Positions 21,671 to 32,334 of a DNA stretch of 64,000 nt are shown here, one piece after another. The stretch is from a virus (Duplodnaviria > Caudoviricetes). Position 1 is the stretch's first letter; each line of letters starts with the position of its first letter. The position numbers were made by a program, and so were the translations under genes. The notes under the pieces were generated by a model, which was given only the letters and a program-made list of their open reading frames with translations, had not been told where the DNA came from and searched no databases. The stretch spans positions 1-64,000 of the IMG/VR virus record IMGVR_UViG_3300023283_000076; one strand, given 5' to 3'.

Positions 21671-21848
21671 TATCTTTAATTAGGTTGTAGGCTCTAACTG
21701 TAGATGATAAATTATAATTAGAGCCTACAGCCAAAGGATACCCTAATGAAAAAATACATACCCGAATTTTGTTTAATTTTGACTACAGTTGCAATTTTTG
21801 GCGTATTATGGTATAGTTTATATAATATATTTTAATAAAAGGTGATAT

Positions 21849-22421
21849 ATGGACAATAAGGTTCAGAATCTAATAGAAATAATTAGAAAAAATCTTGACA
21901 ATAATGAGAAAAGAGAAGCCGTTGCTAATGTTAAGACGCTGACCGAAGTTAAAACAAGTTTATGGTCACAGGTTACTGCTCAAACTGTTTTACATAAGAA
22001 TCAATTTGATTTTATTTTCAAACATAAGATTATCTATAGAATGAAAGAAATATTTTATCTCGCAGGTGGTGGATATCTTATGTTTCTTGCAATTAATTCT
22101 ACCAGTGATCTTATGCAAATTTTTCTTGTGGGGCTATCTGGTTTCTTATTTTTTCAACTCATTTCACTATTCAGAAAATATGAATACTCTAGTACAATAA
22201 TGGATAAATTATATGATAGAATCATATTTGAGAAATCACTTCATGTAAATGCTTTAAACACTATTGATGAAATTATCTTGTTTCAAGAAGAAACTAATGA
22301 TAGAATGAGAGAATTATATAAAGAAGAACAAGATCACTTTATCAATGATCTTGGTGTAAGAATGCGAAATGAACTTGAAGAAAAATATCCAGACCTCAAA
22401 AATATGGATAAAGATCAATAA
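21849..22421 (+). CDS. two-TM membrane protein
   Basis: Two hydrophobic stretches; RBS and promoter upstream. Confidence 0.7.
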   Translation: MDNKVQNLIEIIRKNLDNNEKREAVANVKTLTEVKTSLWSQVTAQTVLHKNQFDFIFKHKIIYRMKEIFYLAGGGYLMFLAINSTSDLMQIFLVGLSGFLFFQLISLFRKYEYSSTIMDKLYDRIIFEKSLHVNALNTIDEIILFQEETNDRMRELYKEEQDHFINDLGVRMRNELEEKYPDLKNMDKDQ

Positions 22422-22426
22422 CTTTT

Positions 22427-22503
22427 GCGGGAGTACCCCAATAGGCAGAGGGAACGGACTTAAAATCCGTAAAGTGTGGGTTCGAATCCCACCTCCCGTA
22501 CCA
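22427..22503 (+). tRNA. tRNA-Leu(UAA), short variable loop
   Basis: Cloverleaf, CT-TAA-AA loop, CCA. Confidence 0.9.
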
Positions 22504-22563
22504 CTTGTAATTTATTTTAAAATATGATATTATACCCATACTCAACATAGAGAAGATTCAAAA

Positions 22564-22749
22564 ATGTCTGATAATTTCAAAAATATCAAAGAGATTGGTA
22601 GTTTTTTTGATGGGATTGTTGGAAGTGCAATGAGCGGATTAGGATGCCTTACAGCGATTTTCTTTCTATTACTTCCTATTGCAATCACGGTGGTGTTTGT
22701 GACCTTCCTTGTTTGTGAAGGTGGGTCTACGCATCATGTATGCCATTAA
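22564..22749 (+). CDS. small membrane protein
   Basis: Hydrophobic C-terminal half. Confidence 0.5.
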   Translation: MSDNFKNIKEIGSFFDGIVGSAMSGLGCLTAIFFLLLPIAITVVFVTFLVCEGGSTHHVCH

Positions 22750-23082
22750 GAGGTAAATATGATTAATAAAAATAGAAAATATACAGAAGACGAGGTGCCT
22801 ATAATCGAATCAAGATATCCTGAGCATCCTAAGAAAGCGCCAGATGAAGCGGTAGCTGTTTATGGGCAGTGTGACTAAGAATATATAAAATAATACACTA
22901 TTCTTGTCCCCAACCTAAATGTCCTGTATTCCTACAGGCGAGTTGCATAAAAAAGAGAAAACCTAAAAATAAAAAACCTACCCTAGATATAATTGAATGG
23001 TATGAGAGTAATGTATATGGGCATATTGATTATGGTAGGAAATGGATTGTAGGTATCGTAAAATGGATGAGAGGATACACTA

Positions 23083-23337
23083 ATGAAAATTGAAGATCAA
23101 AAGAAAATGCATGAACTCTATGCACATTACTGGATGGCTATGGCCACTACTGTTCGTGAAAGTACTTCTAATGATGAACCTTTGACAGAAGATATGCTAA
23201 ACGCTGCATTAGAGTATATTCATATGTTTAAAGAATGTGCAGAAAATCAACAAATAGAAGAAGAACCAGATTTCAGTGTAAAAGCGCCGCCAATAGAGTA
23301 CTATAAAGGAGAGGACCAGTCTTGTTTTATGGGGTGA
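23083..23337 (+). CDS. hypothetical protein
   Basis: GAGG RBS. Confidence 0.6.
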   Translation: MKIEDQKKMHELYAHYWMAMATTVRESTSNDEPLTEDMLNAALEYIHMFKECAENQQIEEEPDFSVKAPPIEYYKGEDQSCFMG

Positions 23338-23409
23338 ATGATGGGACTCGAACCCATAATACGTGTCTGTTTTGGAGTCACGCGCGTCTACCAGTTCCGC
23401 CACACCCAC
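23330..23409 (-). tRNA. pseudo-tRNA (Leu-like body, CCA/CAA anticodon)
   Basis: Acceptor, D and T arms intact; anticodon stem broken by a ~4-nt insertion. Confidence 0.6.
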
Positions 23410-24106
23410 CCTTGAAACTTTGGAGAGAAGAAGTAAAAAGTCCGTTTCTTAATGTATCACAGTATTCTATGGATGACCCCCCTTCTATGGAGACAGTTAT
23501 TGACACACTTAATACCCCATTTTATTCTTTAAATAATAGATTGAATTCTCCAGAATATATTAATATTATTAAACCGTATATTAATAACTATAAAATAAAT
23601 TCATTATTTGAGTCTCCTGATAAAACTCATTTTTTATGTGATACAAATGTTAAAAATAAATTAATTTTGCCATTACTACAATTTTTTAAAAACATAGATC
23701 GATATACACACGAAAAAGAGTTTGCATCAAATAAGAATATTATACAGTTACAGCACACTATAATAAATTCTTTAGAAAATAAAATAGGGTTATTACAATC
23801 TGAGAGAGATAAAAAGATCAGGGCACTGAAATGTATTAAACGAGAGGTATCAAAATGACAGAGGTGTATTATGATTCAAAAGAAGAGACGATTAAAGAAT
23901 ACCCCCACAGGAGCATGAATGATGAAAATGATGAAAATGAAAGTAATGATCGAGAGAGAAAAAATAAATTACTAAAAGATGCCCTAATAGCAATTAAAGA
24001 ACAACTATATTAAAAAATAAAAAAATCATTTACTTTGGAGAGATGACATAGATGACCCGACCATACGAAAAAAACTATCATCAATGACTACGATTATTAT
24101 TCTATT

Positions 24107-24304
24107 ATGAATAAGTATGAAAGCTGTATAGATGAAAAGTTATCACGAATTTTAGGGAAATCAACAGGCAGCATCAATAACTTCACCTCTAGTACTGCTA
24201 GTACTGATAGAATATTGAATTTGGAAAATGAAAATAAAACATTAAAAGAACAAAATAAAATATTAAAACGACGTATGCTTGAGATTAGAGCTAAGCTAAG
24301 CTAG
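24107..24304 (+). CDS. coiled-coil hypothetical protein
   Basis: ORF from the track. Confidence 0.45.
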   Translation: MNKYESCIDEKLSRILGKSTGSINNFTSSTASTDRILNLENENKTLKEQNKILKRRMLEIRAKLS

Positions 24305-24335
24305 ACTATAATTACCACAATATCGGAGACCTATT

Positions 24336-24548
24336 ATGGATTACAACGAACTTGAGCAAAAATATAATGATCTAAAAAATGATTATGAATGCCTAGAACA
24401 AGAAAACGAAGCATTAAAAAATGAAATAAAGGAACAAAAAAGAATATTATTTTATATCGGAAGTATCATCGAAGAACTTGAAGAGTTAGAAGGTATTCGA
24501 CTGGATGATGAGAGTGAAGATCTAGATGAAGCTCAAAGTAATCAATAA
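24336..24548 (+). CDS. acidic coiled-coil protein
   Basis: GGAG RBS. Confidence 0.6.
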   Translation: MDYNELEQKYNDLKNDYECLEQENEALKNEIKEQKRILFYIGSIIEELEELEGIRLDDESEDLDEAQSNQ

Positions 24549-24768
24549 AAACCCTATATGGGTTCTAGGTGGAGACGACAATTTTGTAAGAGTTAACCCT
24601 TCAGGAGGCTATTCTTCTGGTAAGGATTTTTTTGACTGTAGTAAATGGCATGAGAAAGAACATGCACTAGAGTTCGCAAGAAAGTTTCCCGAATTGACTT
24701 TATATAAAATTCTAGAAACTGAAAACGGGTCGAACAGGTCAATAATTCAATTTGTACGAGAATCATAA
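24526..24768 (+). CDS. hypothetical protein
   Basis: Overlaps the upstream stop codon. Confidence 0.55.
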   Translation: MKLKVINKNPIWVLGGDDNFVRVNPSGGYSSGKDFFDCSKWHEKEHALEFARKFPELTLYKILETENGSNRSIIQFVRES

Positions 24769-24821
24769 AATATAAAAAAATGCTTGATTATCTTCTAAAA
24801 TCATGATATAGTTTACATTCT

Positions 24822-25994
24822 ATGAATAATATCACACAAAACTTATATAACAACTTGATGGAATTGTCTTCTGACGAGGAATCTCCGTTCTACCACGTTG
24901 ATCAATTATGCCCACATGACGGGAAAACCTATCGTGTGTTCTCTTATCGTTTGGGTTCATATACCGATTTTTTACGAGAAAATGCGTTAGAATGTCGAGG
25001 GCATATGTTCCTTTTGGGTAAGGAACCCGAATTGGTTTCACTTCCTTTTCCCAAATTTTTCAATCTTGGCGAAAACCCATTTACCATGGATCTAGATTTT
25101 TCAAATGATAACGTTGATTACATTGCTACTAAGGAAGATGGTTCTTTGATATCTTCTTATCTAGATTATGGAATGAATGTTAGATATAAATCTAAAACCT
25201 CATTGACTTCAATGATGGCCGAAGAAGCATATCGTTTGGCCAGTGAAATGAAAAATCCCGATACTGGAAAAACTTTACATGAACATATTAATATCCTGGA
25301 AAACAAAAATTATACTGTGAACATGGAATATTGTTCTGCAAAAAATCGTATAGTTTTACCATATACAAATTGTTCTTTAGTTGTTCTAGGTGTTAGATCC
25401 AGAGAAGATTTTTCTTTTATGACTTTTGATGAGATGAAAGAATATGGGTTGAGCCCCTTTTTAGTAAAAAATCATTTAGATGAAGTGTTAAATTTTTCTA
25501 CCGTAGAAAATTTTGTAAATTCAATTCCCGATATGAAAGGTATTGAAGGATATGTCATTCGTTTAAAAGATGGAACCATGGTTAAGATAAAAACTAATGA
25601 ATATGTTTCGTTGCATCATGCCAAAGATTCTGTAACCAGTCCTAAGAGATTGATGGCAGTTGTATTAGAAGAAGCGTCTGATGATTTACGTCAAATGTTC
25701 GAAGATGACGAACAAGCTCTCCGTGAGATTGAAAACATGGAGATTTTTGTATCCCATATGATGAATCGGCTCTTGAAAGCATCTAATAGCTTTTACGAAG
25801 CTCACAAGAGCTTAGCGCGTAAAGATTATGCTATAAAAGGACAACAAAAACTGGAGCGGGATCAATTCAATATTGCTATGGGATTATATTCTGGTAAGGA
25901 AATAGATTACAAGAATTTTATCATGAAAAATGCTAAAAAGTATTTGGAAGAATATGAAACAACTTTAGATGTAGTTGAGGACATAGAGGTGTAG
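24822..25994 (+). CDS. rnlA: T4 Rnl1-type RNA ligase
   Basis: ECRG, PFPKFFNLGEN, KEDGSLI (motif I), NMEY, EGYVI and KIKT. Confidence 0.9.
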   Translation: MNNITQNLYNNLMELSSDEESPFYHVDQLCPHDGKTYRVFSYRLGSYTDFLRENALECRGHMFLLGKEPELVSLPFPKFFNLGENPFTMDLDFSNDNVDYIATKEDGSLISSYLDYGMNVRYKSKTSLTSMMAEEAYRLASEMKNPDTGKTLHEHINILENKNYTVNMEYCSAKNRIVLPYTNCSLVVLGVRSREDFSFMTFDEMKEYGLSPFLVKNHLDEVLNFSTVENFVNSIPDMKGIEGYVIRLKDGTMVKIKTNEYVSLHHAKDSVTSPKRLMAVVLEEASDDLRQMFEDDEQALREIENMEIFVSHMMNRLLKASNSFYEAHKSLARKDYAIKGQQKLERDQFNIAMGLYSGKEIDYKNFIMKNAKKYLEEYETTLDVVEDIEV

Positions 25995-26031
25995 TACATC
26001 TGCGCCCTTAAAAATAAAGGATTAACATATT

Positions 26032-26436
26032 ATGTACGCAAATGGAAAGCTAACAATAGATACAAATCAGTATAAAGATATACTTTCGTATCTTTTGGAT
26101 CTCAATAGGAGTCCAGAGTTTTACGGTAGTGCATCAGTAACCGAAGAATCCGTAGAGTCCCTCGCGGAATTTCTAAGTTCTATGTCAGTGGTGCCCACTG
26201 TAGATGGCGGAGTACAACTAGAATTTCACTCTAACAATTTTGACATAGAAATAGAGTTTACTCCCAGCGGTGATATATGTGATATATCAATTACAAAATA
26301 CAATTTTGTTGTTTCCGATGATGATGCTTTTAAAACTATGGTTAGTCATCGTAACAAGGGAGAAGAAATAAAAATTCTTTCTGATTCTGATGGAAATTTT
26401 GGAAGTTTTGATTTATGGATTAATAACCAAAAATGA
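26032..26436 (+). CDS. hypothetical protein
   Basis: VPTVDGGVQLEF motif; RBS. Confidence 0.65.
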   Translation: MYANGKLTIDTNQYKDILSYLLDLNRSPEFYGSASVTEESVESLAEFLSSMSVVPTVDGGVQLEFHSNNFDIEIEFTPSGDICDISITKYNFVVSDDDAFKTMVSHRNKGEEIKILSDSDGNFGSFDLWINNQK

Positions 26437-26779
26437 AACAAATAGTTAAAGGTTTTACTTAGATATCCTAGGCGTTGGAGGGAGTAAGGTTGGCATATTC
26501 ATTGGGATGGGTATGGTACGCCGTCCCGGATCAAGTTTAAATGATCCGAAGAAATGAATGTTAAACCACAACCAAATAAAGCATTCAACAATTGATAATC
26601 ACAAGGAGAAATAAAAATGTCATATGTAAGTGTATGTAAAAAATCAAATAGCAACAGCACAAGGAGAACATTTTAATATAAGATGTTCTCCTATGACCAT
26701 CGATAAGGTTTCGAGTGCAATAGATAATATTTTGACTACTGGAAAATTTAATCCCCATGATTACGTAGAAGACTGACTT

Positions 26780-28075
26780 TTATTCGAATTTGACTAGATC
26801 AAAGCTATGAGACTTCTCGTGTACGTATGAGGTACTTCCACCCGGAGTTATAAACCAGTACCAATTTTGAGGTACTTTGGGTAGCACAGTATTACCATAT
26901 CCATCTGTAATCACAAATACTGCCTTCGGATATTCACCATCTTTCGTATGTTTCGATATATACTTTTCTATACAATCAAAGGTGGTGCCACCAAACCCAT
27001 ATAATTTACCTGATTCTGTAGTAGTCTCATATACCCTAGTATCAAAACAATGCATCTTAACGTCAAACTTATCTTCTGGCAAAGATTTGGCCGCATCAAA
27101 AAATCTTTGACGATAACCCGAACAAGACCGAGATGTATCCTGAAAAAACCACACCTCTATTCTCTTTTTTTCGGTTTCTATTTCTTCTACTTCCATTTCA
27201 CTTGGAAGGAATAAGTCAGGGGATATCAATTGCATTCTACGGCTGGTTCTAGCCCACTGTAGATCATCCTTGTCCTTTTCAACTAGAAACTGGTTAGCCC
27301 ATTTTTTTATAACACTTTCCCATTTTCTTTTCTTTTTTACTTTTCTAGTATCTACTTGATGGAAAATATTACCGGGAGAACTTCCAGCTTCTTTAGATCT
27401 CCCTTCTCCTTTCTTACTATCCAAAGCTTCATTCTCTTTAATAGCGTCTTTCAAAAATTCTTTTTCTTCATCGCCTAAACGTTCATTTAACTCTTTAAGT
27501 ATATCTTCCATATTAGAAAAATGATTTTCCCCGTCTTCTGAGTCAGAGTCGCTATTTCCCATACAACTATGATCATCTACAGTTGAAGCAGAAGCCTCAT
27601 CCGCTTTTTTATTTGTCATTCTATTGTAATAGTAGTCAGAACTCTTGTCCGGTTCGATATTATCTTCTTCCAAAAATACAGTATCCAACCAACAATATTT
27701 GTTTTCAGGGTCAATAATACTTCTATCCATGTTAAATTTGTTTACTAATGTATGATTGATAACCACATCAGTAGCCAGATTCATTTTGATAAAGTCTCTT
27801 TGGTTTTTCGCATTTTTAAATAGTCTATAGCCATGGTTAAGTGCAACGTGCATGCATTCATGGCATAGTATGAAAATCTTTTGTTCAAAATTTTGGCTAT
27901 CCCAAAATTCTTTGTTAAGAAGAAACTCTAGGCATTCACCATCGCCATTTAATCCAACACCTGCGCTAGGAATTGAATCTGTAAATACAGGATTTCCCAT
28001 ATCCCACAAATGATAAAAAACACCATGCCGAGTATCTAGTTCACGAAGTATTTCGAAATATTCTGTAGAATTCAT
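26780..28075 (-). CDS. putative metallopeptidase plus vWA domain protein (DUF2201-like)
   Basis: HECMH zinc motif; DTSRS MIDAS-like motif, GGGT-like GGT and VFVITDG. Confidence 0.8.
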   Translation of the reverse strand: MNSTEYFEILRELDTRHGVFYHLWDMGNPVFTDSIPSAGVGLNGDGECLEFLLNKEFWDSQNFEQKIFILCHECMHVALNHGYRLFKNAKNQRDFIKMNLATDVVINHTLVNKFNMDRSIIDPENKYCWLDTVFLEEDNIEPDKSSDYYYNRMTNKKADEASASTVDDHSCMGNSDSDSEDGENHFSNMEDILKELNERLGDEEKEFLKDAIKENEALDSKKGEGRSKEAGSSPGNIFHQVDTRKVKKKRKWESVIKKWANQFLVEKDKDDLQWARTSRRMQLISPDLFLPSEMEVEEIETEKKRIEVWFFQDTSRSCSGYRQRFFDAAKSLPEDKFDVKMHCFDTRVYETTTESGKLYGFGGTTFDCIEKYISKHTKDGEYPKAVFVITDGYGNTVLPKVPQNWYWFITPGGSTSYVHEKSHSFDLVKFE

Positions 28076-28084
28076 TTTTAACCC

Positions 28085-28320
28085 ACCCTTTTCAAACCAT
28101 GGAATTTCTAATTCGTTAAATCTCTTAAGCTGTCCATCACTATAATATTCGAGTCCATTAAAATCAATTACATTATTATTGGAATCAAATTCTTGTAAAA
28201 AATAAATAATTTTCTCTCAAAGCATCTGTAATAGCAATCACTATATATCCATCCTCAATTTTAAACATCTCGGGAGACGTAATAAGTAAATTACTTATAC
28301 CATAATCATCTTTTAATTCC
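28085..28320 (-). pseudogene. remnants of the repeat protein (49528..50655) and of the 68-aa gene (51424..51630)
   Basis: Direct nucleotide similarity to 49540-49600 and 51460-51560. Confidence 0.7.
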
Positions 28321-28451
28321 TTTTATTCCTGATTTCTACCCGTCAATATACTACAGAATGAGAATCGATGTCAAGTCAATTCCTAAATTATCTAATTTTA
28401 AAAAATGTGACAGTATATAACAAATAATTCGTTAAACAATATAAACTATAG

Positions 28452-28480
28452 CAAAAAACCGCCCATGAAAGGCGGTTTTT
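28452..28480. terminator. bidirectional intrinsic terminator
   Basis: AAAAAACCGCC-catgaaa-GGCGGTTTTT. Confidence 0.75.
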
Positions 28481-28509
28481 AAATATAATAAGTACCACTC
28501 TTAAAATAA

Positions 28510-28932
28510 TTATTCAATTGATAATAATTGAACTTGTTCGGATGGATTTTCAATCCATTTAATAGCACGTCCATTAGTTTTAACTGCTGCCAATTGAACT
28601 TGTTCTGATGGTTCAATACCTTTATCAATAATATCCTTTAACGAAATTATATCCTGTTCAAGATTTTTAATTAAAATTCTATCTGGTGTGTTCTTATTAA
28701 TAAGGAGTATTTTACGCTTGCCCTCTCCATACACCGCACCATGCCTATAATATAAACCCCCACCTTCACCCTTATTTAAATATTCAACAAATAATTGCTC
28801 AACAACACTTTTAAATTTTTTACTAACAGATCCGTATTCTTTGTCAACCATACCATGTGCTATTTGTTCTTCATCATTAATATAAGGTTTAATCAGAATC
28901 CTTCCCATGGGACGTTCCAAGTTTTTATCGTT
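28510..28932 (-). pseudogene. C-terminal half of a split phage gene (N-terminal half at 46603-47115)
   Basis: NDKNLERPMGRILIKPYIN...PSEQVQL repeats; no true start, abuts tRNA-Cys. Confidence 0.7.
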
Positions 28933-28933
28933 A

Positions 28934-29004
28934 AGCCAAGAGAGGGAATCGAACCCCCGACTCGTGGGTTGCAACCACGCCCATTACCACTCTGGCATCC
29001 TGTC
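28934..29004 (-). tRNA. tRNA-Cys(GCA), no encoded CCA
   Basis: Cloverleaf, TT-GCA-AC loop; one acceptor mismatch. Confidence 0.85.
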
Positions 29005-29006
29005 TT

Positions 29007-29081
29007 TGGCGGGCGGTGTTGGTAACGATCCAACCTATCGGAGTTAACAGCCCCGCGCTAATCCATCTCAGCTAACCACCC
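29007..29081 (-). tRNA. tRNA-Asn(GUU), atypical T-loop ATCGTTA
   Basis: Cloverleaf, CCA. Confidence 0.85.
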
Positions 29082-29238
29082 TTATACTTCTTACTCTTCT
29101 GCTTTTCAATCCATTTATAGATTTCTTTACGTGGAGTATTTCTTAACCATCGTAAAACTCTATTAGAATAGTTCGCTTTATATTGATACCTATTATCCAT
29201 TATTATAGTAACATATATTCATTATTTATAAAATAATT

Positions 29239-29308
29239 GCGAATCGAACGCCCAAGTCCAAAGGACACTGATTTACAGTCAGCTTGGTTCACCCATACCA
29301 GCCTACCC
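29239..29308 (-). tRNA. truncated tRNA-Tyr(GUA) pseudogene
   Basis: Anticodon and variable arms intact; 3' T-stem and acceptor strand missing. Confidence 0.7.
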
Positions 29309-29320
29309 ATTTTAAAATTC

Positions 29321-29396
29321 TGGCACCCTTGGCAGGACTCGAACCCACAACCTAGAGAGTAGAAATCTCTTGCTCTTCCAGTTGAGCTACAAGGGT
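29321..29396 (-). tRNA. tRNA-Arg(UCU)
   Basis: Cloverleaf, CCA. Confidence 0.95.
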
Positions 29397-29402
29397 GTAA
29401 AT

Positions 29403-29479
29403 TGGTCGGAATAGTAGGATTTGAACCTACGACCCCCTGCTCCCAAAGCAGATGCGCTACCAGACTGCGCCATATTCCG
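29403..29479 (-). tRNA. tRNA-Pro(UGG)
   Basis: Cloverleaf, CCA. Confidence 0.95.
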
Positions 29480-29538
29480 ATGATTCTATTTATCTAATAT
29501 TACATCTTTTGAAAACTTTTGTCAAGTATTTCTTCATT

Positions 29539-29624
29539 TGGTGGGTGAGGCTGGATTCGAACCAACATACACTAAGGCACCGGGGTTACAGCCCGGCAGG
29601 AGTACCAATTCTCCTATCTCACCC
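29539..29624 (-). tRNA. tRNA-Tyr(GUA)
   Basis: Cloverleaf with long variable arm, CCA. Confidence 0.9.
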
Positions 29625-29674
29625 ATATTCAATTACTAGTATACACTATTTAGCAGTTTTGTCAAGATTTAATA

Positions 29675-30352
29675 TCAACCCTTTTCTAAGAGTTTTCCAA
29701 TGAACCCTTTTGAATCACGGACGCCTTCAAAGAAAAATGCTCGGCCTTTATGCGAACCATGTCGAAGTTTTGTATAAATGTCAGAAAGTTTGTCCATGTT
29801 AATGTAATTAAAATAAATATCTTCCTTTCCTTGTGCATTATACACTCCGACTTTACCATCTACACCCTTGAATACAAAACCTTCTTGTTCATATTTTCTA
29901 GCACCGTCTTTTAAGGCATCAAATAATTTTTGATCTTCGCCTTTATCAGCAATTACCAGCATCGAAATTTCTTTCTCATGTGTTTCTTCGGGAGTATTTG
30001 TATTTTCTACCCAAGCACCATCAACCCATACGAACCCAAATCCAGCATTCTTTAACTCTGATGCTAATGCTCTATTGGCTCTAAGATTTTCTTCCGCAGT
30101 ACGCTCACCCCGGAATGCAGTGATGATACCCACTGGTCGTTTACCAGTAAAATGATTGTATACTCGGGATAGTTTTACTTCATTCAACAATTCCAAGTCC
30201 GGTTCATCCGAGAACTTACCTTCATTTAATTTTCTCATATCAATATTCACACCTTCTTCTAAGACGCCCTTGAGTATACCATTAGCTTCAACTGCTTTCA
30301 AACGATCTGACTTAATTTCTAGGATTTTTATGTCAGCAAATTTTCCCATCAT
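29675..30352 (-). CDS. late, probably head-packaged protein (DUF3293-like domain)
   Basis: LNE motifs, GIITAFR...N..L..EL...GFGF..V.GAW.E; downstream of the late promoter. Confidence 0.6.
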   Translation of the reverse strand: MMGKFADIKILEIKSDRLKAVEANGILKGVLEEGVNIDMRKLNEGKFSDEPDLELLNEVKLSRVYNHFTGKRPVGIITAFRGERTAEENLRANRALASELKNAGFGFVWVDGAWVENTNTPEETHEKEISMLVIADKGEDQKLFDALKDGARKYEQEGFVFKGVDGKVGVYNAQGKEDIYFNYINMDKLSDIYTKLRHGSHKGRAFFFEGVRDSKGFIGKLLEKG

Positions 30353-30693
30353 CTCACTCTCAACAAAAGTATTAACCCAACTCTCGATAATTTCACGAGT
30401 TTGGGGGGTCAGAGAGTATACCGTGACAGACCAATAATTACGATAATTACGAACTCTAATCCAACCACGTTGAAGGACCAGTTTAATTAATTCTTCACGA
30501 GCGTTACCTTCTTGTTGGAAATTCTCACCATGTTTATCATACAGGGTTTTAATAAATCGAATGTTACTCCAAACTTTTCAGGATTCTCGATGATATCGGC
30601 GGCATGGTGCGTTGTTGTCTTGATTATATTACCTTGCGGACTGATCCACAAACCTAAATTAATTGGATTCATTTTCAATTCAAATAATTTCAT
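30350..30693 (-). CDS. late hypothetical protein, frameshifted near 30555
   Basis: One added base continues into EGNAREELIKLVLQRGWIRVR. Confidence 0.55.
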
Positions 30694-30715
30694 AAGAGCG
30701 CCTTTATTTAAATGA

Positions 30716-30723
30716 TATTTATA
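30716..30723 (-). promoter_or_regulatory. T4-type late promoter TATAAATA
   Basis: Exact consensus about 20 nt upstream of the 30693 start. Confidence 0.65.
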
Positions 30724-31022
30724 GCAAAAGTCCCATATTAATTATGGTCCATCTACTAGGTCAAATTCATTGAAAAATTCCAGGTAAATATCAGAACAGA
30801 CACCCACATAAACAGAGTTATCACTTGGAATATAATCTACAATAGAATCTATGTAATACTCACCTCTCTCGCCCAGTATTACTGATATACCATTTAAGAG
30901 TCTTACGCTTCTTCTGCAAGAAGCTCAATAACCTTGGTATAAGCTTCGTCCATGCACGTTTCAATTTTTCTATGAGTATTTTGAGTTAAAGTTAACATAT
31001 TTAAATTCCATATATTAAGAAA

Positions 31023-31100
31023 TGGTGGGCAGGGTGGGACTCGAACCCACAATGACACCGGATTTTAAGTCCAGCCGATATGCCAATTCTCTACCTGTCC
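31023..31100 (-). tRNA. tRNA-Leu(UAA), short variable region
   Basis: Cloverleaf, CCA. Confidence 0.9.
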
Positions 31101-31108
31101 GTTGATGT

Positions 31109-31185
31109 TGGTGCGGAGGGTGGGACTCGAACCCACAAAATTCAGATTTTGAATCTGACACGTATGCCAATTCCGTCACATCCGC
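31109..31185 (-). tRNA. tRNA-Leu(CAA), short variable loop
   Basis: Cloverleaf, CCA. Confidence 0.93.
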
Positions 31186-31192
31186 AAAAATC

Positions 31193-31269
31193 TGGTACCC
31201 GGAGAGGGAGTCGAACCCCCAACATTTTGATTCTAAGTCAAACGCCTCTGCCAATTGGGCTATCCGGGT
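31193..31269 (-). tRNA. tRNA-Leu(UAG), short variable loop
   Basis: Cloverleaf, CCA. Confidence 0.93.
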
Positions 31270-31713
31270 AATTAATAAAATAATGATACCACTATTTAGT
31301 AAAAGTGTCAATACTCTAACGTACAATTCACCAATGAAGCTCTTCCAGAATGCGATCTGGTGTATGATTAGTTAGTAACTTAATATATTTTTCTGGATCA
31401 ATTTCAACCGTTTCACATGCTCTGCGCACGAATATTTGTTTACTTGAATTTCCTAAATCTTTCCAACTCTGACCTGCTGGTCATTCATTTTCAATACGGT
31501 TTTTATTAGCTAGTTCAAGTTCACATTTTGCCAACTTTATCACTAACTTTGGAATAGACTCGCTAGCCCATAAAAGTATTTAATAATATTCTGTGGCAAT
31601 ATTAACCATAAGAGGCTCTACCTCACGATCAGTTATTTCTAATTCCGTTGGTATGGTTCCAACTATTTTCATTGTGCTTTCTCCTGTATATTAATCTTTA
31701 AGAAAGTATCCTG

Positions 31714-31953
31714 TCAATTGTCAAGAAACTTTTCCACAATAGAAAGAGGTATACTGCATGTTACGTGAGGATTATCCTTGTCTCCGATTGTCATCCCCGG
31801 ATCGAAACTAATTACATTAAATCCTTTATTCTCTACAGCAGAGCAAAGCTCTTGCCAACTATCTAGATATTCATATATATCATCAGTTAACTTACCATTA
31901 GGTAACATACGCATTTTTTTCTTTTCAGATTTCATTTCTGTACTCCAATTCAT
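31714..31953 (-). CDS. hypothetical protein
   Basis: ORF overlapping the upstream gene. Confidence 0.55.
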   Translation of the reverse strand: MNWSTEMKSEKKKMRMLPNGKLTDDIYEYLDSWQELCSAVENKGFNVISFDPGMTIGDKDNPHVTCSIPLSIVEKFLDN

Positions 31954-32323
31954 TTTCCATCACAGTACGAATTTTATCAGACATACTAGGAACATTCTCC
32001 AAACATGCGTTGATATGATCCGTTGACATGTCTTTAATCGTCACAAATTTTAATGGTTGATCTCCATTAGGACCATATGTTCCCCATTTAACATGTTCAC
32101 GAACTTTCCCATGAGGATCATCAATGGTTAACGACAATTCGTTATAATCAGGAGCATCAGGTGTCCATCCTCTACGAAGATAAGCTGTTCCACCATCCAC
32201 CATATATTCATAACCATTTTGGTCAGTATATGCTACATAATCATGGCGATGACGAGACTCAAGAATGGTCCCATCAGGTGTTTGAATTGCATTGTATACA
32301 ATATTTTTCAATATTCTCACCAT
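31925..32323 (-). CDS. conserved phage hypothetical protein
   Basis: NAIQTPDGTILES.HRHDY...VDGG..YLRR. Confidence 0.75.
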   Translation of the reverse strand: MVRILKNIVYNAIQTPDGTILESRHRHDYVAYTDQNGYEYMVDGGTAYLRRGWTPDAPDYNELSLTIDDPHGKVREHVKWGTYGPNGDQPLKFVTIKDMSTDHINACLENVPSMSDKIRTVMENELEYRNEI

Positions 32324-32334
32324 TTATCTAAAAT

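Noticed and set aside
23322-23858. 178-aa ORF as annotated
   Set aside because: Its 5' part overlaps a tRNA-like gene on the opposite strand; any real gene probably starts near 23468.
26472-26550. Alternative-pairing switch-like stretch (GGCGT/ACGCC versus GGGATGG/CCGTCCC)
   Set aside because: Single copy, short stems, no supporting promoter or second instance.
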